From: an uncultured archaeon
Lineage (GTDB): Archaea > Asgardarchaeota > Jordiarchaeia > Jordiarchaeales > Jordiarchaeaceae
Direction of reading: 5' to 3'
Assembly: GCA_964510585.1 (NCBI GenBank)
Contig: CAZECW010000060.1
Span: 30,001 to 62,000, forward strand
DNA length: 32,000 nucleotides
The position numbers were made by a program, and so were the translations under genes. Below are positions 8,989 through 17,824 of this stretch, piece by piece. Each line of letters starts with the position of its first letter. The stretch's first letter is position 1. Below the pieces are notes generated by a model that saw only the letters and a list, made by a program, of their open reading frames with translations, did no database searches and was not told the origin of the DNA.

Positions 8989-9783
8989 TTGATTAATAAG
9001 TCTCGGATTGTGAGAATCATTAAAACTAAACAGGAAACGCCAACCATAAAGAGCCTATTCTTCCAAGACGAGGAAGCCTCCAAATCCAAGCCGGGCCAAT
9101 TTTTAATGATTTGGATTCCGGGAATAGATGAAATTCCTATGAGTGTGTCCAGCACTAACCCTCCAGGAGTAACAGTTAAACGTGTAGGCAAAGGAACAGA
9201 ATCACTCAGCAATTTGGAAAAGAATGATGAAATAGGAATTAAGGGTCCCTACGGCAACGGCTTCACCATTACCGGTCAAAAGGTACTGGTTGTGGGAGGC
9301 GGGGTGGGAGTAGCCGCCCTTCTCCCCCTAATTAAACTGTTAACCAAGGAGAATAAAGAGACCACGGTAATTATAGGCGCCAAAACCAAACAAGAGCTGC
9401 TATTCAAAAGGGAAATAGAAAAACTAGTGGGGAAAGACCAGCTTATGATATGCACAGACGATGGCAGCGCAGGACTTAAAATGATGGCTAGCGACCTAGC
9501 TACCCACATCGTTGAAAAAAACAGTTACGACCAAATTTATACCTGCGGACCAGAAAAAATGATGTACAAAATATTCGAGTTAGCACAGAAAAAAGGCACC
9601 CCACTGCAAGCTGCTCTTGAAAGGTATATGAAGTGTGGATTTGGTTTATGCGGAAGCTGTGGCATAGGTCACCTCTTAGTTTGCAAGGATGGCCCAGTAC
9701 TGGACAGCCAAAGTTTAGAAAAAGTTAAAGAAGAATTTGGGAAACTTCGCAGGGAACCCTCGGGAGAATTTCAAAAAATTTGA
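8989..9783 (+). CDS. pyrK: Dihydroorotate dehydrogenase electron-transfer subunit
   Basis: PGQFLMIWIPG..EIPMS, GPYGNGF, GGGVGVA, CGPEKMM and [2Fe-2S] motif ERYMKCGFGLCGSC...CKDGPV. Confidence 0.96.
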   Translation: MINKSRIVRIIKTKQETPTIKSLFFQDEEASKSKPGQFLMIWIPGIDEIPMSVSSTNPPGVTVKRVGKGTESLSNLEKNDEIGIKGPYGNGFTITGQKVLVVGGGVGVAALLPLIKLLTKENKETTVIIGAKTKQELLFKREIEKLVGKDQLMICTDDGSAGLKMMASDLATHIVEKNSYDQIYTCGPEKMMYKIFELAQKKGTPLQAALERYMKCGFGLCGSCGIGHLLVCKDGPVLDSQSLEKVKEEFGKLRREPSGEFQKI

Positions 9784-9813
9784 TACACACCTCTGCGTAT
9801 TACTGAAAAATAA

Positions 9814-9845
9814 AAGCCATAATATAAACAATTATATTTAGGCTT
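9814..9845 (+). terminator. Imperfect inverted repeat downstream of pyrK
   Basis: AAGCCATAATATAA / TTATATTTAGGCTT, 12 of 14 positions complementary, 4-nt loop. Confidence 0.35.
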
Positions 9846-9918
9846 GCACAATAACTAATCGAACCCCCTCCACCACGATACAGCTTCGTCTGAGGTTTAT
9901 AAAAGCGGGGTTAGAGGA

Positions 9919-10863
9919 ATGATCGAAACAGAAAATCTGGAACAAAACATTTTCAAGGCGCAGAAACTTCTGAAATGGTTTGAAACAGAGGCTAACATTG
10001 ACAGAGCCCTTAGCAGCGAGGAAGGCCCCATTGAGCTAAGAAAAAGAGCAGGGGAGAACATTAACCAACTGAGAGAATTAATCCAATCCATTAAAAACAC
10101 ATCCCTTCAGAGGTGCCCTGAAAAAAACATAGAAATAGAGGAGAGCTACGCCTCTGCCATAGAGTCCCTAGAAGCTTTTGCCAAAATAATAGGGAATAAC
10201 GAGTTAAACGCTGCCAGAGCATTTCATTTAAGCCAAAACGCTCTAACCCAAATGTTAAATAAAATACACAAACTCGTCCTATCAATTAAACCCGCCGATG
10301 AGGACCCTCTCATTCTAAAAATTTTGGAATTAAAACAGAGAGTCGAAGATTTAGAGTCCGAAAGAGACCAACTATTCGCTGAACTCCACCGCATAAAATT
10401 CGGAGAAGAACCAATTTTAGAAACACACCCACTACAAAGCCCACACATCACATTCTCAGAAACTGCACAAAAAGAAATAGAAAAACTCCGAATGGAAAAA
10501 GAAGAACTAGAAAAACAACTAAACGAACTCAGAGGAGGAGAGAAATCCAAGGCCTACCAAAGCCTGTTAAAAGAGAACAATGAACTCCGAGAACGAACAG
10601 CCCGACTGACAGAAGCCCTCAGAATTACCAGAGCACAAAGCGAAAACAAGTTCAAACAACTACTACAAGAACGAGACGAGTGGCGAACCAAAGCTCTAGA
10701 AAAAACGGTACGCAGCATAGAAGAAACCATGTACGACCTAAGAAATCAACTTGAAAACCTAAAAAAAGAAAACCAACAACTTAAACAAAAACTAAACCTA
10801 ATCCCACAAAAAGAAGAAGAAAACACAGATAAAAGCCAAAAATATAACCTGTACTATGTCTAA
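9919..10863 (+). CDS. Hypothetical long coiled-coil protein with C-terminal YYV
   Basis: 314-aa ORF with SD-like AGAGGA. The Glu/Lys/Leu-rich second half has heptad periodicity. No family recognised. Confidence 0.8.
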   Translation: MIETENLEQNIFKAQKLLKWFETEANIDRALSSEEGPIELRKRAGENINQLRELIQSIKNTSLQRCPEKNIEIEESYASAIESLEAFAKIIGNNELNAARAFHLSQNALTQMLNKIHKLVLSIKPADEDPLILKILELKQRVEDLESERDQLFAELHRIKFGEEPILETHPLQSPHITFSETAQKEIEKLRMEKEELEKQLNELRGGEKSKAYQSLLKENNELRERTARLTEALRITRAQSENKFKQLLQERDEWRTKALEKTVRSIEETMYDLRNQLENLKKENQQLKQKLNLIPQKEEENTDKSQKYNLYYV

Positions 10864-11214
10864 AACCCCAGAAAAATAGTAAATCCCCACACGCTTAAGC
10901 GTCTCTGACAAACCCACATACTCCTACGCATTACAGATAAAGAAGGAAAATATGTCTTCCCGGCGAACATATAGCGAATTTTAAACCGCCAGTTTATACA
11001 AAAAGCTACCTACGTTAAAGCCTACTAAACACCTAGGTTTTTCTAGTAAACCATTATATGCCGAAGAGTCCTGGGAGAATGAAAACCTGTTTTTAATAGG
11101 AGTATATTCAAACCGAAAAACGTAAACAACAGAAACTATTTTAAGCAATTAAAAACAAAGAATTGTTTTAAATTCATAATAATAATCACCCATTGGAAAA
11201 GGAGGAAGAGACTA

Positions 11215-12135
11215 TTGGTTTACATGTCACTTTGGGAAATAATCTTTGACATCATAGTTCTAATAATTGTTTTCGGCTTCGTGTTCGCAGTGATAGGTGC
11301 GGGAGAAGTCCTCAGAAAAAAGAAAAACCTTGACCCCAGCTTCACCCGAAAAATGATTCACTTCTTTGCAGGAGACGCTATACTATTCTGCCCCTTCTTC
11401 ATAAACCCACAAATAATACCCATAATACCATTAGTGATGGGAATACTAATATTCTTCTCATCCCCAAAATCCCCCATAAAAAGCATGAAGTCCATGTTCG
11501 AAGTAATGGCAAGAGCTGAAGACTATGCCGCAGGCCACATCTACGGACCACTATATTACATCATTTCCATAGGCATCCTTGTAACCGCATTCGCCTACTT
11601 TGGAGGAGGAGCCTACTGGCCACTATTCACAATAGCAGCAATAGGACTATTCGCTATGTATTATGGTGACGGATTAGCCACCATCGTTGGCCAAAAATGG
11701 GGAAAACATAAATACACCATTAGAGGGTGCACACGAAGTATTCAAGGCTCTTTAACCGTGTTCATAATGACTGTTCTTTCAGCGTTCTTAGTTATATTCT
11801 ACTTTAACTTCTTTGGATTCTGGCCCAGTGTGCCACCAAACCAGTGGTTAACAATCTGGCTACTATATAATTTTAGCCCAATTATAGCCACTTATATCGC
11901 CGTAAGCATACTTCTAACTACACCCCCAGTCATCCCAATACTCACCTTAATCCTTATTTCGGGAATAGTGGGAGGAATAGTGGCGGCAATAATCGAAGGG
12001 TGTTCAGGAAGAGAACTAGACAACATATATGTACCATTAGTAGTCACTGCAGTGATATTACTCCTAGTCTTCCTAATGTCCCCCAGCTATTTTACAGTAC
12101 TGTCCTACAATTTGGGCAATATAATCCCTTTCTAG
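11215..12135 (+). CDS. CTP-dependent polyprenol/phytol/dolichol kinase family membrane protein (Sec59/VTE5/Dgk1-like)
   Basis: RKMIHFFAG, GPLYY and YGDGLATIVG..WG.HK....RS.QGS motifs, C-terminal DN..VP, many TM helices. SD GGAGG upstream. Confidence 0.85.
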   Translation: MVYMSLWEIIFDIIVLIIVFGFVFAVIGAGEVLRKKKNLDPSFTRKMIHFFAGDAILFCPFFINPQIIPIIPLVMGILIFFSSPKSPIKSMKSMFEVMARAEDYAAGHIYGPLYYIISIGILVTAFAYFGGGAYWPLFTIAAIGLFAMYYGDGLATIVGQKWGKHKYTIRGCTRSIQGSLTVFIMTVLSAFLVIFYFNFFGFWPSVPPNQWLTIWLLYNFSPIIATYIAVSILLTTPPVIPILTLILISGIVGGIVAAIIEGCSGRELDNIYVPLVVTAVILLLVFLMSPSYFTVLSYNLGNIIPF

Positions 12136-12163
12136 AAGTATGAACATAAAAAATGGTCTTAGA

Positions 12164-12186
12164 GGTGGCAAAAACATTTTGCTACC
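12164..12186. terminator. Hairpin between convergent genes
   Basis: GGTGGCAAAA-ACA-TTTTGCTACC: 9 Watson-Crick pairs plus one G-T, 3-nt loop. Confidence 0.45.
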
Positions 12187-12240
12187 CATCATATTTTTCT
12201 TACCACCTACTTAAAGCTGAAAAAGGAGTATATCGTTTAG

Positions 12241-13863
12241 TTAATAGGCGTCCTCATCTTCTAGAATGCCTGCCTCCCTGGCAAACTTTCCATATCCCAT
12301 CTTTATTAGTACTCTGGTGCTTCGGTTAAGTAGGAAGTCAATCCAAGTTTCTTCCGTAGGTTCGTTGTAGAATTTCCCAAATCTTTTTGCGTATTGTCTT
12401 TCGTCCTTGCTGGATACCAAGTTTTTGACTGCATTCTGTGAGAAAGCTATTTCTACATCGGCAGCATTTGCCTTGCTGTTGTTTATTTTTATCCCGTATT
12501 CGGTTCGCACTACGTGGAATGCTTCCAAGGGAGGTTTTTCGCTCTCAAAGCTTTCAAGAGAGTCGAAGATGGAGAAGTCTACTATTGAGTCCTTCACAAG
12601 ATCTGCAAATATGTTTGGGTGCTCATCTAAATATTTCATGAATCTTTGACCAAGAGTTAACTGTTCTTGGAGTTCCTGTGCTATTTTTGATTCACTTGTG
12701 TAGTTGTTCAGCAGGAATTCAGTGATGTCCATTACGTTTAATCCAGTGCTGTCAGCACCGTCTATGAGGTTTGTTTTGCAGAAGGGACAGGCGCTGACGA
12801 GGACTTCCGCTTGGGTTTCGGCTGCTTCAATTAGTCTCTCTTTAGATATTTTTACTGCTATATCTGGAAATGCTTTTTTCACCCCGCTTCCCGCGCCGCA
12901 GCAGTGTGCATATCTGCGATTTGTTTTCATTTCCACAAGTTCAACATTTGCGGTGGACTTTAGAAGATTGCGGGGTTCTTCAAATACATTCATGTGCCTA
13001 CCAAGGTGGCAGGGGTCATGATAGGTAACCCTAATTTTTTTGGGGCTGGCAAATGAAATTTTATTCTGATCCTTGAGTTTCTTTAAAAGTTCCACAACGT
13101 GCATTAACTTTACTTTGGTTCCATCCCATAGTGAGGCGTAGTCCTTAGCAAAGGTTCTATAACAACCAGCGCAGGAGAAAACTACTGTTTTCGCTCCCAC
13201 TTCATTAATTTTATCAATGTTATATATTGCAAATTCCTTCGCAGTTTTCACGAATCCAGTCCTAAAGAGGGTTGACCCGCAACACCTCTCATCGTCTAGG
13301 ATGGTAAAGTCTACGCCGGATTTGTGGAGTAGCTCTATGGTGGATTTAGCTATTTCTTTTCTGCGATAGCTTGAAGTGCAACCCACAAAGTATACTATAT
13401 CCGCCTTTTCCGGTATTGATATTGAATCCAGAAACTCTCGCCTTTTTTGATGGTCTTCTCCATAGGGATTAAATTTTTCGATAACGTTTTTTTGTATACT
13501 GGCGTGGGAATCCAAGAAATATCCCGCATCAACCAGCTCCCTTCTTAAACACTCCATCATAGAGGGGACATCAATACCACCCTCTATAGCTAAGCATGTT
13601 TCTTTACAGCTGGCACAGGTAAGGCAAAGGTTAGCCCATTGAACAATGCTTGGATCAACATCTAGTTCTCCTTCAAGTAGCTTTTTCAAAATAATTATTC
13701 TGCCCCGAGCGCTATACGTCTCGAAACCCAGAATGTTTCTTATGGGGCAGGGCATAGAAATATGTTTCTTGGCGGTGCTGATTTTAACTGAGTAAGCACA
13801 GTCCCCGCAACGCCCACATTTTTCCATTTGCTGTAGGTAGTCAGCTAAACCGTTAAAATTCAT
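12241..13863 (-). CDS. Fe-S/CCG-domain oxidoreductase subunit (GlcF/GlpC/HdrD-like) with an extra ~150-aa C-terminal domain
   Basis: CGRCGDC...CP and CLTCASCKETC ferredoxin motifs, FVGC, RCCG, YHDPCHLGR, HCCGAG and ACPFC CCG-domain motifs. Confidence 0.9.
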   Translation of the reverse strand: MNFNGLADYLQQMEKCGRCGDCAYSVKISTAKKHISMPCPIRNILGFETYSARGRIIILKKLLEGELDVDPSIVQWANLCLTCASCKETCLAIEGGIDVPSMMECLRRELVDAGYFLDSHASIQKNVIEKFNPYGEDHQKRREFLDSISIPEKADIVYFVGCTSSYRRKEIAKSTIELLHKSGVDFTILDDERCCGSTLFRTGFVKTAKEFAIYNIDKINEVGAKTVVFSCAGCYRTFAKDYASLWDGTKVKLMHVVELLKKLKDQNKISFASPKKIRVTYHDPCHLGRHMNVFEEPRNLLKSTANVELVEMKTNRRYAHCCGAGSGVKKAFPDIAVKISKERLIEAAETQAEVLVSACPFCKTNLIDGADSTGLNVMDITEFLLNNYTSESKIAQELQEQLTLGQRFMKYLDEHPNIFADLVKDSIVDFSIFDSLESFESEKPPLEAFHVVRTEYGIKINNSKANAADVEIAFSQNAVKNLVSSKDERQYAKRFGKFYNEPTEETWIDFLLNRSTRVLIKMGYGKFAREAGILEDEDAY

Positions 13864-13874
13864 CTACAAACACC

Positions 13875-15287
13875 TCACAAACCAAACACCATAGGATGTA
13901 GAATGTTATTGGGATCAAGAACCCCTTTGATTTTCTTCAAAAGGTCGTAGAAATTGGGTGATACATGGGAAAGACACTCCCCTTCCCACAGGGGCCCACA
14001 CCAATAGGGCACTGCACCACCAGTTGAAAATTCCATCTGTTTAAGTTCACTCCAAACTTTTTCCATCAGCGGCTTGTTTGTGGGGTCACCCATAAAGAGG
14101 GTAATCCAACCCGTACAGTAGCTTCTATCCACACCCAGAGCACTAATAATCCAATTCATACCCTTACCCTTAACATCATACTTCTTAAAGATCTTAAGTG
14201 CACCCTTTACAGTTTGGGGTAGAGTGGAGATGGGTCTCAAGTGGCAAGTATTATACCAGAAACCGGAATCAAAAAGAGGCTGAACCATGTTAAACATGTC
14301 GGTCCAATGAGCCTTAGACAGAAAGGTACCAAGAGACCGCCCATCCTTCTTAGCAATCTGGTCTACCAAATCTTTCTTTTTGTTGGCTATTTCCTCACTT
14401 TCTTCTTCTATTATAACCGCCAAAATGCATTCCAAGTGCTCATAGAAATCGAGATAAGAATTTGCCAAAAGATCAATTGAGTTTCTATCGCCCAGCAAAA
14501 CGAGCTCCTCAGCAAGATTCCTTCTCTGCAATTCATGCATAACTTTAGCGCAGTCCTCTATGCTGTCAAAACCATAGTCCGCAAAGGCTACTCCATTAGG
14601 AGTATAGTATACTTTAAGAGTTGCCTCAGTTTTTACACCGAGGGTCCCGTGGTCGCCCAGAAACAATCCAGTCAAATCATTGAATGTGGCATATCGGGCG
14701 AAAGTCTTTGCTTTGGGATTCCAGCCACTACCTGTATTAACAATCTCGCCCGTGGGCAACACAACTTCCAGACCCACAACGGAATCACAGGCACCACCCC
14801 ACTTACTGGCACCGCAGCCAATACTATTACCGCTCAGTGAGCCGCCAACGGTTCCCGCATTACCTCCATAGGGTCCACGGAATCCCAGTTTGAAACCTTT
14901 TTCCTTCAGTAAATGAATTAGTTCAGCCCACCTCAAACCTGCACCCACGGTAACCGTCATTGTGTCTTCGTCGAGCTTTTTCAGGTAGTCCATACGGGTT
15001 AAATCCAGCATTATTGCATTAGGCACGCGGGGCAGGGGGGCACCATTGATGCTGCTTCTAGCCCCTGCTGGAACTACGGGGATTTTTCTATCATTAGCAA
15101 GTTTTAGGATTTTTGAGACCTCTTCCGTGCAGCCGGGGCGGACTACAATTCCCGGAGAGTCTAATTGGAAGGGACTCGCATCTCGACTATAAGCTAAGAG
15201 ATCTATTGTGCTATCTCTAACGTTTTCCTCACCGGAAATGGCCACCAGTTCATAGTAAGAAGGATGGTGCTTTGCGCTCTCTAACAT
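13875..15287 (-). CDS. FAD-binding oxidoreductase (GlcD/D-LDH/AGPS/VAO superfamily)
   Basis: P..VVRPG.TEEVS.IL, TVGG, V.GLEVVLPTGE, G..GTLGV.TEATL and C-terminal DPNNILHP motifs. Co-transcribed with the Fe-S/CCG subunit (11-bp gap). Confidence 0.9.
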   Translation of the reverse strand: MLESAKHHPSYYELVAISGEENVRDSTIDLLAYSRDASPFQLDSPGIVVRPGCTEEVSKILKLANDRKIPVVPAGARSSINGAPLPRVPNAIMLDLTRMDYLKKLDEDTMTVTVGAGLRWAELIHLLKEKGFKLGFRGPYGGNAGTVGGSLSGNSIGCGASKWGGACDSVVGLEVVLPTGEIVNTGSGWNPKAKTFARYATFNDLTGLFLGDHGTLGVKTEATLKVYYTPNGVAFADYGFDSIEDCAKVMHELQRRNLAEELVLLGDRNSIDLLANSYLDFYEHLECILAVIIEEESEEIANKKKDLVDQIAKKDGRSLGTFLSKAHWTDMFNMVQPLFDSGFWYNTCHLRPISTLPQTVKGALKIFKKYDVKGKGMNWIISALGVDRSYCTGWITLFMGDPTNKPLMEKVWSELKQMEFSTGGAVPYWCGPLWEGECLSHVSPNFYDLLKKIKGVLDPNNILHPMVFGL

Positions 15288-15395
15288 TGTAATACCCTCT
15301 TGTGGGGAATAATTAGCGTAGAAAATTCTTTGCCCCTTTTAATTTTTTTCCCAATTTTATAATTAAAGTTCGCTTGTTTTATGATTATAACCAGT

Positions 15396-15443
15396 TTCGA
15401 CATTTATTTCGAATATTTAGCTTAAAATTCGAAATATGTTGAA
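15396..15443. promoter_or_regulatory. Imperfect inverted repeat in a divergent promoter, candidate operator
   Basis: Perfect 9-bp arms ATTTCGAAT (15406-15414) and ATTCGAAAT (15427-15435), plus outer arms TTCGACAT / ATGTTGAA with one mismatch. Confidence 0.45.
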
Positions 15444-15568
15444 CTAATCTCTGCAAATAACGATAATTTTTAATAAGCGCAAAACAGTTGAAACAGACCA
15501 CTTTATGCTCAAAAAATATCATCAATTATTCAAAAATACCTCTTGAGAGTGTTAGGAGCTGATAAGCG

Positions 15569-17086
15569 GTGACTATAGTAAACACCTCCAAAGATAAAAT
15601 ATTCGTTAAGGACAAATATTCAGGTGAAGTTATAGGTGAGTTGCCTGCGGACAACATGGATATTCTAAGAGAGAAAATCAAGAAAGTTTACAAACTTGAG
15701 GAAAAGATGCGAAATACCACTTTAGATGAGAGAATAGAGTTTATTAGAAGAGTTTCAAGAAGGATACGGTTGAAAAGACAAAAAATAAAGGAAACAATTG
15801 CAAGAGAAGGAGGACTCCCAATAAAATATGCCGATTGGGAAGTAGGTATGATATCTCAGGGCTACCTACACGCCGATTGGCGTGGAGAAATGATTGAGGA
15901 AAGAAAGATCCAAGCAATACGTGGAGAAAGCAGGGCCGCTTTTCACCCCTTAGGAACTTGCGGCTCAATGACTCCCAGAAACACCCCCTTCAGCCTTACC
16001 GGATGGGCAATAGGTGCCGCTTGGTTGACGGGTAATTCCCATGTTTTGAAGCCCTCAAGTGCGGTGCCACTCTCACCATTAATGCTCCTTGATCTTGCCC
16101 GGGATGTTGCGGATGACTTTCCAATCGAAGCTACCGAGATAACCGTTATGCCTGGTGATGAGGCAGCTACAGAATTTGTATCTAATCCTATGGTCAGCAT
16201 ATTCCTATTTTTCGGTAGTAGCCATGTCGGGAAACAGCTACTTATTGATTATGCAGAGTATCTTAAGAGCTGCACGCGTGCCCTGCCGTTTGCCGCGGGC
16301 TTTATGAATCAGGGCAAGTTCAAAAAATTCATTTTTGAAATGGCGGGAAACGATGCGGGAATAATTTTTGAGGATGTGGACATCGATAAAGCCGCCAACT
16401 TTGTAGTCAAAGCTGCACTCACAAATAGCGGTCAGCAATGCTTTAGCATGAAGAGGATACTAGTCCAAGACAGTATTTTCGACGATTTCCTAGATGCGAT
16501 GGTAAATTATACTTCAAAACTGAAAATGGGTAACCCACTAGACCCTACAGTAGACATTGGACCTCTAGGTTCGGAGAAAATAATGCTCATGATTGATTTT
16601 ATGGTGAAGGATGCCCTAAACAAGGGAGGCAAGCTTTTAATTGGAGGCGAACGCCAAGACCCCTTCTATCTACCTACAATAATAAAATTTGACAAAGAGC
16701 AGGTCATGGATCCCGACGAAAACAAGAGACCCTTCATGTGGGTTGAAGAAGCCTTCGGTCCCGCAAGAAGCGTTGTGCCCTTCCATAACGAGGAAGAAGC
16801 AGTGATGCTTGCTAATAGTACCACTTATGGTATGCGCGCTTCAATTTACTCTGAGGATCTAGACAAAGCAAACAGAGTTGCCCGAAAACTAGAAACCGCA
16901 GGGGTCTTCATAAACACAACACCAGGACAAGTAGACATATCATTCAAAATGGGCGGTGTTAAGGATTCGGGATTCCCACCAGGAGCACGCGACATAGTAA
17001 ATCACATGGTGAGAGAACAATTCATACATATTGAGGACGCCTTCCACGAAAAAGAAAAAGTGAAGGAGGAAGAAGAGGAGGAGTAA
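15569..17086 (+). CDS. NAD(P)-dependent aldehyde dehydrogenase (lactaldehyde dehydrogenase/GAPN-like clade)
   Basis: TPRNTP (catalytic Asn), LKPSS, FFGSSHVG, catalytic Glu in FEMAGND, catalytic Cys in SGQQCFS, EEAFGP and GGVKDSG. Confidence 0.92.
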   Translation: MTIVNTSKDKIFVKDKYSGEVIGELPADNMDILREKIKKVYKLEEKMRNTTLDERIEFIRRVSRRIRLKRQKIKETIAREGGLPIKYADWEVGMISQGYLHADWRGEMIEERKIQAIRGESRAAFHPLGTCGSMTPRNTPFSLTGWAIGAAWLTGNSHVLKPSSAVPLSPLMLLDLARDVADDFPIEATEITVMPGDEAATEFVSNPMVSIFLFFGSSHVGKQLLIDYAEYLKSCTRALPFAAGFMNQGKFKKFIFEMAGNDAGIIFEDVDIDKAANFVVKAALTNSGQQCFSMKRILVQDSIFDDFLDAMVNYTSKLKMGNPLDPTVDIGPLGSEKIMLMIDFMVKDALNKGGKLLIGGERQDPFYLPTIIKFDKEQVMDPDENKRPFMWVEEAFGPARSVVPFHNEEEAVMLANSTTYGMRASIYSEDLDKANRVARKLETAGVFINTTPGQVDISFKMGGVKDSGFPPGARDIVNHMVREQFIHIEDAFHEKEKVKEEEEEE

Positions 17087-17148
17087 ACCAAAATTTTTTG
17101 GACAATTGTAAAATGAAGATTATGACGCTCAAACTGGTGCTGCGCTCA

Positions 17149-17214
17149 AAGCCGGGAAAGAAACTTTTCTTCTCTTTTTCATTTACTCTTTCCCGGCTTC
17201 TGTTTCCTTTTTTT
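17149..17214 (+). terminator. 13-bp perfect stem plus T-tract between convergent genes
   Basis: AAGCCGGGAAAGA (17149-17161) / TCTTTCCCGGCTT (17187-17199), followed by TTTCCTTTTTTT. Confidence 0.6.
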
Positions 17215-17737
17215 AGGTAATGTGTCTTTTGAGTTCATCAATCGTTTTTTGAAATATTTGGAGTAATAGGTTCAATGTGTTCTCCGCATCTGTAAGTAGT
17301 TTTGTGAGATACTGTTTTTCTCTTGTTTCTTCATTATTTCTTGGGTTGAAGTGTTGCATAATTTTTTGGGCTTGTTTGATGCTTTCCTGAAGTTGCTTGT
17401 TGGTTTCTATCCATTTTAGTAGTCCTGCAATTATCATTTGGCTGAAGCTGGATTGGGATGAGTAGTAGGTTGTCCTATCCCCAGGTTTTTTGTGGCGTCT
17501 TATGGCGTTAAACTGTAGAAGAGTTTTAAGAGCTTGACTTACAGCGGCTAGACTGTAATTGGTTTTATCGCTAATCTGTTTCTGGGTGAGGGGTTCTGGG
17601 CTTAGTTGTATTGTGGCGAGAATTCTTCCAAGCATTGGGAAGCCGCCTCGTTCCTCCATTAACCGCTCCCAAGCCTGTGTGATTATTGATTTAGCAGATT
17701 GGAGTTCTTCTGCTTGCCGTATTGTTTTTTCGCTCAT
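17213..17737 (-). CDS. GbsR/MarR family transcriptional regulator
   Basis: G...MLGRI..T..LSPEPLTQKQI..T.YS.A.VSQALK.L wHTH with wing KKPGDR..YY, followed by a long helical C-terminus. Confidence 0.88.
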   Translation of the reverse strand: MSEKTIRQAEELQSAKSIITQAWERLMEERGGFPMLGRILATIQLSPEPLTQKQISDKTNYSLAAVSQALKTLLQFNAIRRHKKPGDRTTYYSSQSSFSQMIIAGLLKWIETNKQLQESIKQAQKIMQHFNPRNNEETREKQYLTKLLTDAENTLNLLLQIFQKTIDELKRHIT

Positions 17738-17768
17738 TTTAGGTCGAGATATTAAGTAATGGGGAAGG

Positions 17769-17806
17769 TTTATATATTTTACTAATTTTATTAATTATTA
17801 AAATTA
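17769..17806. promoter_or_regulatory. TATA box for the GbsR-like gene plus adjacent 24-bp near-palindrome
   Basis: Minus-strand TATATAAA at 17776-17769, 32 bp before the ATG. TAATTTTATTAATTATTAAAATTA (17783-17806) is self-complementary except for one pair. Confidence 0.45.
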
Positions 17807-17824
17807 CAAAAATTTGTAAAAAAG

